This document shows positions 9,577 to 17,735 of a stretch of 32,000 bases of DNA, piece by piece; position 1 is the stretch's first letter; the number at the start of each line of letters is the position of its first letter. The notes under the pieces are model-generated. The model was not told the DNA's origin. It saw only the letters and a list, made by a program, of their open reading frames with translations, and ran no database searches. Position numbers and translations under genes: made by a program. The stretch is taken from positions 60,001-92,000 of the forward strand of contig CP003263.1 of NCBI GenBank assembly GCA_000331975.1. The letters are read 5' to 3'. Source of the stretch: Candidatus Uzinura diaspidicola str. ASNER (GTDB lineage Bacteria; Bacteroidota; Bacteroidia; Flavobacteriales; Blattabacteriaceae).

Positions 9577-10291
9577 GATTTATATAATATTCAATTTCTG
9601 AATGAACATATTTGTCTTCTTTGATAATAAGATCAGAGTTATCGATAGCTAATTTTATCAGATTTCTTAAATAAGGTTTTTCAATATGTTTAAGAGATTT
9701 ATTTTTTATTCCATCAAGTTTAATTTTTTTTATTAGATCAATACTAATTTGTTTTTCAAAATTTTCGTTATAGATAGAACTTACAATTTTAGTCTTTTTA
9801 AATAGAGGGTCTCCTTTGTAATAAGTTTTTATATAGAGAGGAATACAAGCTCCTAACCATCCATGAATATGAAGAATATCAGGCGACCAACTTAGTTTTT
9901 TTATTGCGTAAATTACACTTTTGGTAAAAAACAACATTCGTTCATCTTCAAAAGAAGATCCTAAACTATCAGAATAAATACCTTTTCTTTTAAAAAATTC
10001 TTCATTTTCAATAAAATATACTTGTAATCTTATCTCTGGTATAGAAGCGACTTTAATCATCATAGGTTTATCTATATTTTTAATAATTACTTTCATGCCT
10101 GAAAGTCTTATTACTTCATGTAATTGATGTTTTCTTTCATTAATTATGCCATAACGGGGCATAAAAATACGAACATCGTTTCCTTTAAAATGCATTTTTT
10201 TGGCAATAATAGAAGTCTTTAAAGAAATAGAAGATTTAGAAGTATATGGAAATAATTCTGAAGAAATATACAAAATACGTTTTTTTGTCAT
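9563..10291 (-). CDS. Short glycogen/starch-synthase-like protein (GT5 N-terminal domain only)
   Basis: MTKKRILYISSELFPYTSKS...VRIFMPRYG...LHIHGW matches the N-terminal half of GlgA-type GT5 synthases. The short (~250-270 aa) form is the one I recall from Flavobacteriia. Its 3' end overlaps the thiL 3' end by 14 nt. Confidence 0.65.
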   Translation of the reverse strand: MTKKRILYISSELFPYTSKSSISLKTSIIAKKMHFKGNDVRIFMPRYGIINERKHQLHEVIRLSGMKVIIKNIDKPMMIKVASIPEIRLQVYFIENEEFFKRKGIYSDSLGSSFEDERMLFFTKSVIYAIKKLSWSPDILHIHGWLGACIPLYIKTYYKGDPLFKKTKIVSSIYNENFEKQISIDLIKKIKLDGIKNKSLKHIEKPYLRNLIKLAIDNSDLIIKEDKYVHSEIEYYINLKHA

Positions 10292-10350
10292 ATATATATT
10301 ATAGTGGAATATTTGATAATATCAATAGTACCAGCACAACACTTAAAATA

Positions 10351-11283
10351 ATGTCACATATTCTATTTTCTACTAGAAGTAGCCTAATTTTAGCTGAAAA
10401 AATTGCTTCATCATACGATGAAGCATTAGGAACCATTTGCTTTCTTGAATTTAAAGACGGAGAATATGAACCTTATTTTGATGAATCAATACGTGGTGCA
10501 AATGTATTTATCATTGGAGGAACTTTTCCTCCGTCTGATAATTTGATGGAGTTGCTATTAATATGTGATGCGGCAAAACGTTCGTCAGCTTATAATATTA
10601 CTTTATTAATGCCTTATTATGGCTGGGGTCGTCAGGATAGAAAAGAAAAATTACGAGGATCAATAGGTGCTAAATTAGTTGCGAATCTTATTGTTGCAGC
10701 AGGAGCCTCTAGAGTGATCGTAATGGATTTACACACAAATCAAATACAAGGTTTTTTTGATATTCCTGTTGATCATATATATGCTTCCAATATTTTTATT
10801 GGATACCTTCAACTTATGAAAAGTAAAAGAAAAAATTTAACAATAGCTTCTACAGATTTAGGAGGAGCAAAAAGGGCAAAAAGTTATGCTAGCTATCTGG
10901 AAACAGATGTAATTATTTGTTATAAAGAACGAAAGAAGGCAAACGAAATTGAAAATATGAATTGTATTGGAGAAGTAAAAAATAAAAATGTTATATTTAT
11001 CGATGATATGGTAGATACTGCAGGAACTCTAGTTATTGCAGCTAATTTTATAAAAAAAGGAGCCTGTAGTGTTCGTGCTTTATCTACTCATCCTGTTCTT
11101 TCAGAGAATGCTAATGAAAAAATAGAAACATCTTTTTTAGACGAACTTGTAGTAACTGATAGTATTCCTTTTAAAAACAAATTATCGTCTAAAATAAAAG
11201 TATTATCTTGCGCTACTATTTTTTCAGATGTTATTCATTTAGTGCATAATAAAGAGTCTTTAAGCAAATATTTTTTTATATGA
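10351..11283 (+). CDS. prs: Ribose-phosphate pyrophosphokinase (PRPP synthetase)
   Basis: MSHILFSTRSSLILAEKIA..., PYYGWGRQDRK, DLHTNQIQGFFDIPVDH and DDMVDTAGT (PRPP-binding loop). Start moved to the ATG at 10351. The track's 10246 start would overlap the divergent upstream gene and add 35 non-homologous residues. Confidence 0.92.
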   Translation: MSHILFSTRSSLILAEKIASSYDEALGTICFLEFKDGEYEPYFDESIRGANVFIIGGTFPPSDNLMELLLICDAAKRSSAYNITLLMPYYGWGRQDRKEKLRGSIGAKLVANLIVAAGASRVIVMDLHTNQIQGFFDIPVDHIYASNIFIGYLQLMKSKRKNLTIASTDLGGAKRAKSYASYLETDVIICYKERKKANEIENMNCIGEVKNKNVIFIDDMVDTAGTLVIAANFIKKGACSVRALSTHPVLSENANEKIETSFLDELVVTDSIPFKNKLSSKIKVLSCATIFSDVIHLVHNKESLSKYFFI

Positions 11284-11822
11284 AATCTATCATAATTAAT
11301 GGAAGGAAAAGAGAAAACTTAGGAAAATCATCTACTAGTCGATTACGATATTCTGAAGAAGTACCTTGCGTACTCTATTATAGAAAAGGGGAAAATATTC
11401 ATTTTTCTACATATCTTTCAAGCTTTCGGAAGCTTGTTTATACGCCTAACTCATATACAGTGATTATTGAATGGGAGGAAGGAGAGAAAAGTGAAGCACT
11501 TTTAAAACAAATACAGTTTCATCCAGTATCAAATAAGATTTTGCATGCAGATTTTTGCAAATTAGATATTAATAAAATAATAGTTATGCCGGTCCCAATA
11601 AAAACTATTGGACGTTCGATAGGAGTATCTCAAGGAGGAAATTTACGTTTAATACTTAGAAAACTTCTAGTTAAAGCTTTCCCTAAAAATATTCCTGATT
11701 ATTTTGAAATAGATATTACTTTTTTAGCGATAGGAGATAGAGTATATATCAAAGATATTTTAAATGATAATTATATTTTTATGCATTCTAATGATACTGT
11801 AATCCTTACTATTAAGTCATAG
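11280..11822 (+). CDS. rplY: 50S ribosomal protein L25 / general stress protein Ctc
   Basis: 180-aa ORF. NGRKRENLGKSSTSRLRYSEEVPCVLY and IQFHPVSNKILHADF are typical of L25/Ctc. ATGA start/stop overlap with prs. Confidence 0.85.
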   Translation: MKSIIINGRKRENLGKSSTSRLRYSEEVPCVLYYRKGENIHFSTYLSSFRKLVYTPNSYTVIIEWEEGEKSEALLKQIQFHPVSNKILHADFCKLDINKIIVMPVPIKTIGRSIGVSQGGNLRLILRKLLVKAFPKNIPDYFEIDITFLAIGDRVYIKDILNDNYIFMHSNDTVILTIKS

Positions 11823-11824
11823 TA

Positions 11825-12229
11825 ATGAAATTTTTAGATGAATACTTTATGAGACAAGCTTTAAAAGAGGCTATTTATGCTTTCGAAAAAAACGAAATCC
11901 CTGTAGGAGCAATAATAGGATTTAAGAATAATATTATTGCACAAGCTCATAATCTTACAAAAAAACTAAAAGATGTTTCCGCTCATGCGGAACTCCAAGT
12001 AATTGGAGCAGCAGAATTATATTTAAAAGGGAAATATAAATCTTTAAAAGAATGTAGTCTATATGTTACTTTAGAACCTTGTATTATGTGTTCTGGAGCA
12101 ATTTTATTGGCTAAATTAGGTAGTTTGGTTTTCGGAGCTTCAAATATTTCTTTTAATAAAGTAATTCATAATATAGAATCTAGTCTATTGTTAGAAAGTT
12201 TCTTTAAAAAGAGGAGAAAATATCTATAA
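11825..12229 (+). CDS. tadA: tRNA-specific adenosine deaminase (CMP/dCMP deaminase fold)
   Basis: Zinc-site motifs HAE (SAHAELQVI) and PCxxC (EPCIMCSGAI) at the right spacing. N-terminus is YFMRQALKEAIYAFEKNEIPVGAII. The C-terminus is somewhat short. Confidence 0.85.
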   Translation: MKFLDEYFMRQALKEAIYAFEKNEIPVGAIIGFKNNIIAQAHNLTKKLKDVSAHAELQVIGAAELYLKGKYKSLKECSLYVTLEPCIMCSGAILLAKLGSLVFGASNISFNKVIHNIESSLLLESFFKKRRKYL

Positions 12230-12349
12230 TAGAATTCTTTTTTTTATAGGAGACTTTTTAAAAGTGTAGGAGCTATACCTAATATAATTTTTATTGTAAT
12301 TTCTTTTATTTTTCCTAAAGAAGGACAAGATGATAAAAAAATATAAATA

Positions 12350-13654
12350 ATGCAGCAAGCAATTGTAGCAATAGTAGGGAGACCAAATGTAGGAAAATCA
12401 ACCTTTTTTAATCGTTTAGTTGGTAGAACTGAAGCAATTGTTGATTCAGTAAGTGGTATTACTAGAGATAGGCATTATGGCCTTTCTGAGTGGAATTCCC
12501 ATATATTTACAGTAATCGATACAGGAGGTTATGTAGTAGGTAATGATAGTTTTTTTTATCAAAGTATTCGTAATCAAATAGAATCAGCAATAATTGCTGC
12601 TGATATAATTTTTTTTATGGTAGATGCTTTTATAGGTCCTATAAAAGAAGATTATCAAGTAGGTGAATTTCTACGTAAATTTCAAAAACCAATAATGCTA
12701 ATTACTAATAAAGTAGACAATACTAAAATATTATTAAATAGTGTAGATTTTTATAGATTAGGATTTAATAAATATTATTGTCTTTCTGCTAACAATGGAA
12801 GTGGAAGTGGGGAAATATTAGATGATTTAGTAAAATTATTACCAACAATTTCAAAAAAAGAATACACTAAAAATATTCCTACTATAGCAATAGTAGGAAG
12901 ACCAAATGCAGGAAAATCAACACTTTTAAATACTTTTTTGAGGGAAGAAAGGCATATAGTAACGGATATGCCTTGTACTACAAGAGACGCTCTAAAGGTT
13001 TATTATTCTTTATTTGGTTTAGAATTTATATTAGTGGATACTGCTGGTATTAGAAAAATTTCTAAGATAAATGAAAATATAGAGTATTACTCGGTAATGC
13101 GAACAATTAGTTCGATAAAATATGCTGATGTTTGTTTACTCATAGTAGACGCAGAAATAGGTTGGCAATCTCAAGATATGAACATATATCACTTGATTTA
13201 TAAGAATAGCAAGGGTGTTGTTATTGTTATAAATAAATGGGATAAAATAGAAAAAAATCATAGTTCTCTAAAAGAATATGAGAAAAAAATTCTAGCAAAT
13301 ATTGCATATTTAAATGATGTTCCTATTATTTTTATTTCTGCGCTTATGAAGAAACGTATATTAAAGATATTAGAAATATCTTTAAAGGTTTTTAGAAATC
13401 GTAGAAAAAAAATAAAAACAAGCCATTTAAATAATATAATGTTACCGATTCTTAAGTCTAATCCACCATCAGCAGTAAAAGGCAGATATATTACAATAAA
13501 ATACTGTACTCAGTTACCTTCTTCCACTCCACAATTTGCTTTTTTTTCTAACATGCCTAAATATATAAAGTCTTCTTATAAAAAATATATTGAGAGTCAA
13601 TTGCGTAGAAACTTTGATTTTAAGGGTGTTCCAATAAGGATTTTTTTTAAATAA
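12350..13654 (+). CDS. der: Ribosome-biogenesis GTPase Der (EngA), double GTPase domain
   Basis: Two tandem G domains with P-loops GRPNVGKST and GRPNAGKST, DTGG/DTAG and NKVD/NKWD motifs, and a KH-like C-terminus. Confidence 0.95.
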   Translation: MQQAIVAIVGRPNVGKSTFFNRLVGRTEAIVDSVSGITRDRHYGLSEWNSHIFTVIDTGGYVVGNDSFFYQSIRNQIESAIIAADIIFFMVDAFIGPIKEDYQVGEFLRKFQKPIMLITNKVDNTKILLNSVDFYRLGFNKYYCLSANNGSGSGEILDDLVKLLPTISKKEYTKNIPTIAIVGRPNAGKSTLLNTFLREERHIVTDMPCTTRDALKVYYSLFGLEFILVDTAGIRKISKINENIEYYSVMRTISSIKYADVCLLIVDAEIGWQSQDMNIYHLIYKNSKGVVIVINKWDKIEKNHSSLKEYEKKILANIAYLNDVPIIFISALMKKRILKILEISLKVFRNRRKKIKTSHLNNIMLPILKSNPPSAVKGRYITIKYCTQLPSSTPQFAFFSNMPKYIKSSYKKYIESQLRRNFDFKGVPIRIFFK

Positions 13655-13719
13655 AATACATGTCAATACTACATAAAAAATAATGTTTCTAAATTTTACA
13701 TAAACATAGCTTAGAAAGA

Positions 13720-14915
13720 TATTATGAACTGAAAAAAATATTTACCAGTTTTATAAATAAATGGGCTGATTTTGATAATGAGCCTATTATTTCTGCTGTT
13801 ATTTATTCATCTGTTGATCGAACGTACAAGTGATTTTGCTAGTATTGGGAAAAATTACTAATGATCTGTAGCCTTTTTTTGTTTTTCCTGATTCTTTTAG
13901 AGAACGATGGTTAAAAGAAAATAAATGGGGATATTCGGGAATAGATTTTTTTTCTTCAGTTATTTATAAGAATTATCTACATATGAAGTGTTTCTAGAGA
14001 AACAGGACCAAGGTATTTTGATAGTTTAGCTGTATTGATTTTTTTTATATTACTTGGTCGTTCTTTTTCCTTTTATAGAGATTACAAATATTTTTTACCT
14101 ATCGGTATTACAGTTTAAATGATATGTAAAGGTGATTGTCTTTTGATTTGTAATGAGGAAATTATTACTACAGATTGTGAAGCTTTGATAAGAGATTATG
14201 CTGGAGGACGTCAAAAAGGTGTTATTATTGAAATAGAAGGAATTAAAGAGTAAAAAAGTGTTAATAAATGTAGTTATTATTTCACTATATGTGTCCTTAC
14301 TATTGCTTTCCAAAACTCTATACTATTGGTAGTTTTGCTATTCTTATTGTCGCATGGTTTTGCTTGAGAATGTGAACGTATAAGCAAAAATTGATGTCTT
14401 GGTATTCGATAAAACAGGTACCTTAACTAAAAGCGAAAGTAGCAGAATACATTTTTTAAGGGGAGAAAGATGAAAAACAACCATTTAAATGCACTTAAAG
14501 ATATACAGGATTTAGTTTACAAGCTTTTATAAACGGTTCATTTTATAACCATCTATATAAATTTACCAAACCTTCCTATTTCTAATAGAACACAAATTTC
14601 TAGGTTTTTTTGCATTTAAACATCGTTATCGTCAAGCTTTTTAATAAGGTTACAACAAAAAGGTAAAAAAGTAATGATGTATTATTATTTTCCTATAAAT
14701 TCTATCATGCTTTTTGCTCTATATTGGGAGGAATGCTTAATGGATTCGCTTCGTTGATCTAAAGTTAAAAAAGACCCTATCGTTAGCTACTAAAACTTTA
14801 AATTCTATAGGGCATTTTACAGATTGGATTATGGCATTTGGCTGATTTTCTGGTTCGTTTGGTATTATATTTTACGTAGTTCCGCTTTATTGTAGTGCTG
14901 GTATTCAATAAGAAA
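13720..14915 (+). pseudogene. ccoI: Relic of a heavy-metal P-type ATPase (CcoI/FixI-like), frameshifted and internally deleted; boundaries approximate
   Basis: Fragments found in shifting + frames, in colinear order. YFDSLAVLIFFILLGR at 14014-14061. KGDCLLICNEEIITTDCEALI at 14128 onward (actuator-domain GD...E..P.DG pattern). IDVLVFDKTGTLTK at 14390-14431 (phosphorylation motif DKTGT at 14408-14422). FAFKHRYRQ / LIRLQQKGKKVMM at 14609-14679. ILGGMLNGFASL (decayed GDGxNDxxAL). LSLATKTLNSI at 14777 onward. Stops occur in every frame. About 1.2 kb remains where roughly 2.4 kb is expected. Confidence 0.75.
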
Positions 14916-14949
14916 TGTGGAAAGAATTTTAACAGGATTGGAACCCTAA

Positions 14950-15365
14950 AAAATAAAATATTTATTGATACGGTCACTACTATTATGGAAGGAGGGCTTT
15001 ATTTACTTTTCTTTCTTAGCTATATTCCCCTCCTTTATTACTGTCAAACCATAGTACGTCCTTTAAGATATGAGGTAGTTCGAAGCAGGAGAATTTATAT
15101 ACGATCATCCATTTTTATGGGGATCTAAACGAACAGGGCCAGATTTGGGTAGTGAAGGCGGGAACATCTATATAATCCACGATCACTACTTCATTTTTCT
15201 AATGCCATTAGAATCCTTGCTTCGATAAAGAAGCATCTAAATACAGATACTATTCTATCTAAAATGCGTGCAATGGTAAAATTAGGTCTCCCTTCAAATA
15301 GCTAATGAAAGATATGGAAGAACAGAGAAGAAAGAAATAGGACGCTTTGATTGCTTATTTACAGA
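14950..15365 (+). pseudogene. ccoO: Relic of the cbb3 oxidase CcoO (FixO) moiety of ccoNO; the CcoN moiety is essentially absent
   Basis: [16 protein letters not shown], then after a frameshift [23 protein letters not shown] (15082-15150, the FixO signature). LNTDTILSKMRAMVKLGLP follows, and after another shift DALIAYLQ (15341-15364, the CcoO C-terminal signature). The heme CxxCH that should precede SQMIRP is reduced to YYC-QT. Confidence 0.75.
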
Positions 15366-15466
15366 TTATGATTGATTTCTCTCATATTCCTAATGCAAGT
15401 TTTTTACAATCTAACGATTGATATTATTTTTTTTTAGAATACCGTATTTGAAGACGAAAAAGACTA

Positions 15467-15857
15467 ATGATGAAAACTAGAAGCTCCTTCATATATAACT
15501 ATTTTCTTTATAATAATTGTAATATTTTTACTAAAGAAAATAGAAATCTCCTTATCAAACAAAACCATTCTTTATATCGTTTATATGACATTGTATTATT
15601 AGAGCTTGATAATGACTTACCTTCTTTAGGTTTATTATTATATTCAATCAGGCAACACTTGAGACAGCCCATTTTGATGATAGTTCTTGTAGAAGAAGGT
15701 AAAATTTGAAGAGAGTTGCGCTATTTGTCATGAATCTAATGGAAGAGGTAATATCGGTCCTCATCTAACCGATGAATTTTGGATAAATAAAGAAGAAAAA
15801 AGTTTGTTTAAAAATATTTTTCATGCCGGTAAAGGAGGAATTCCTTACATTATCTAG
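15467..15857 (+). pseudogene. ccoP: Relic of cbb3 oxidase subunit CcoP (FixP), internally deleted and frameshifted
   Basis: The 80-aa ORF 15467-15709 contains YDIVLLELDNDLPSLG (15584 onward), matching the CcoP YDGIxELDNxLPxWW block. After a frame change at the A4T3 run (15701-15707) comes ESCAICHESNGRGNIGPHLTDEFW (15711-15782, a cytochrome c CxxCH domain). It ends at the TAG at 15855-15857. The total is far shorter than an intact CcoP. Confidence 0.7.
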
Positions 15858-15893
15858 GATAATAGAAATCCTATAGACATAGAAAAAAGAAAG

Positions 15894-17135
15894 ATGAAAA
15901 ATAAAATAAATAAAGAAGCTCTTGACTATCATAGTAGATTTCCAGCTGGTAAAATTAAAATTTCTCCTACTAAAAATTATCGTTCTCAAAAAGATCTTTC
16001 TTTAGCATATTCTCCAGGAGTGGCTCTACCTTGTATAGCTATTACTCAATATCCTCAAAAAGCCTATGAATTTACATCTAAAGGCAATTTAGTAGCAATA
16101 GTATCTAATGGGACTGCTGTCCTTGGACTTGGTGATATTGGTGAATTAGCATCTAAGCCAGTAATGGAAGGAAAAGGTCTATTATTTAAAGTATTTGCAG
16201 GAGTAGATGTCTTTGATATTGAACTAGCTGAAAAAGAACCTGAAAATTTTATTCAGGTAATAAAAGCAATTTCTTCTTCTTTTGGTGGAATAAATCTTGA
16301 AGATATTAAAGCACCAGAAGCTTTCGAAATTGAACGACGGCTAAAAAAAGAACTTAATATTCCTGTTATACATGACGATCAACATGGCACTGCCATTATA
16401 TCAGGTGCAGCACTTATTAATTCTTTAGAATTTGTAGGTAAAAAAATTGAAAAAATAAAAGTAGTAGTAAATGGAGCTGGAGCTGCTGCTATTTCTTGTA
16501 CAAGGCTCTATAAGAAACTAGGAGTTAGAGCAGATAATATTTTAATGTTTGATAGAAAAGGTATTATTTATATAGAAAGAAATGATCTTACTAAAGAAAA
16601 AAAGGAATTTGCCGTTAAAACCCATATTAATTTAGAGGAAGCATTAAAAGGAGCCGATGTTTTTATTGGCCTTTCTATTGGAAATATTTTAACTACAGAA
16701 ATGTTATTAACGATGGCTAATAATCCTATTATTTTTTCTTTGGCAAATCCAAATCCAGAAATTAGATATAATCTTGCTATTAAAACTCGCCCAGATGCTA
16801 TCGTTGCTTCTGGCAGAAGTGATTTGCCTAATCAAGTGAATAACGTTTTAGGATTTCCATATCTCTTTAGAGGATCTCTTGATGTGCAATCAATAACTCT
16901 CAATGAAGAGATGAAATTAGCTGCAGTATTTGCTATAGCTAGATTAGCTAAGGAAAAATCTTTTGGAAAAGAATCTATTATTCCTCATCCATTAGATGAA
17001 AATCTAATTACGCGTGTATCATCTGCAGTAGCTAGGGCAGCTATTAAATCAGGTGTAGCTAGAAAAAAAATTACTGATTGGAATGCGTATGAAGAATATC
17101 TTTTTGATAGAAGAGTAATTAAAACCTTATACTAA
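15894..17135 (+). CDS. maeB: NAD(P)-dependent malic enzyme, catalytic portion only (no PTA-like C-terminal domain)
   Basis: 413-aa ORF with [41 protein letters not shown] and VVNGAGAAA. It ends ...[21 protein letters not shown], which aligns by eye with the E. coli MaeB linker just before its PTA-like domain. Confidence 0.9.
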   Translation: MKNKINKEALDYHSRFPAGKIKISPTKNYRSQKDLSLAYSPGVALPCIAITQYPQKAYEFTSKGNLVAIVSNGTAVLGLGDIGELASKPVMEGKGLLFKVFAGVDVFDIELAEKEPENFIQVIKAISSSFGGINLEDIKAPEAFEIERRLKKELNIPVIHDDQHGTAIISGAALINSLEFVGKKIEKIKVVVNGAGAAAISCTRLYKKLGVRADNILMFDRKGIIYIERNDLTKEKKEFAVKTHINLEEALKGADVFIGLSIGNILTTEMLLTMANNPIIFSLANPNPEIRYNLAIKTRPDAIVASGRSDLPNQVNNVLGFPYLFRGSLDVQSITLNEEMKLAAVFAIARLAKEKSFGKESIIPHPLDENLITRVSSAVARAAIKSGVARKKITDWNAYEEYLFDRRVIKTLY

Positions 17136-17165
17136 AAATAGTAAATTTTGAATTTACTTAACTCA

Positions 17166-17271
17166 TATTTAACTTTCTATTTAACTTTCTATTTAACTTT
17201 CTATTTAACTTTCTATTTAACTTTCTATTTAACTTTCTATTTAACTTTCTATTTAACTTTCTATTTAACTT
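17166..17271. repeat. Perfect tandem repeat: 12-bp unit TATTTAACTTTC, 8 complete copies plus a 10-nt partial copy
   Basis: Counted directly. Copies start at 17166, 17178, 17190, 17202, 17214, 17226, 17238 and 17250, and a partial copy runs 17262-17271. There are no substitutions among the complete copies. A degenerate copy may lie at 17150-17165 (aatttacttaactca). Confidence 0.97.
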
Positions 17272-17272
17272 A

Positions 17273-17700
17273 TACCCCAATCCCTACTATTTTTAATATT
17301 CCGGAAGTGATTGAATTATAATTATATGTAGTTCGTATTGTCTTAAAAAGATATCCGTATAAGCAATAAAAAAATCAATTACATGGAGATAAGAAAAAGC
17401 ATCACGTTTATAGTAGGAATATTTATAAGTATGATACTTTTTCTCCAAGTAACAGACCGTTGAAATCTATAAGAAGGGTATACAGACGGAGTTTTTGGCT
17501 ACTAGGTGGAGAACTGATAATAATAAAGGAAATAATAATGAATAAGTAGGTTTAAGTACTAAAATTATAACATTAGGGTTTTAATGTACTACTTCTATTC
17601 AGAATAGTTCAGGAGGAACTGCTGCTCTTTAATTTGCAACTAATAGAGCTAGAAATAGGTAAAAAAATTTAGTATGCATTTGCAAGAAACAAATCTTTAA
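17273..17700 (+). pseudogene. Possible eroded remnant of the MaeB PTA-like (phosphate acetyltransferase-like) domain
   Basis: No ORF longer than 26 aa. Fragments are GYTDGVFGY (17476-17502; compare E. coli MaeB FGYRDGVHTAG), TLGF (17570-17581), and, after an in-frame TAA stop (17582-17584), CTTSIQNSSGGTAAL (17585-17629; compare FGIEPRVALLSHSNFGSS). They lie in the expected order downstream of maeB. Similarity is weak, judged by eye from a remembered sequence. Confidence 0.35.
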
Positions 17701-17735
17701 TTTAATTAAAAATATAGGGACTTAAAATTTATATT

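Noticed and set aside
2548-11283. Gene overlaps considered as a regulatory feature: metE/ileS convergent 9 nt, thiL/GT5-like convergent 14 nt, and ATGA overlaps at prs/rplY and ybeY/mnmG.
   Set aside because: This is ordinary compaction in reduced genomes. Nothing in the sequence suggests a specific mechanism.
14095-15989. Track ORFs 14095-14313 (-), 14895-15128 (+) and 15765-15989 (-) in the der-maeB gap.
   Set aside because: The minus-strand ones are antisense to recognisable ATPase and CcoP relic sequence. 14895-15128 is a chimeric frame running across ATPase-tail and CcoO relic fragments. None is a credible gene in its own right.
17166-17271. The tandem repeat read as a CRISPR array or as a repetitive protein (YLTF)n.
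   Set aside because: The units are contiguous with no spacers, and 12 bp is far below CRISPR repeat size. Three stop codons separate the array from maeB, and no start codon precedes it.
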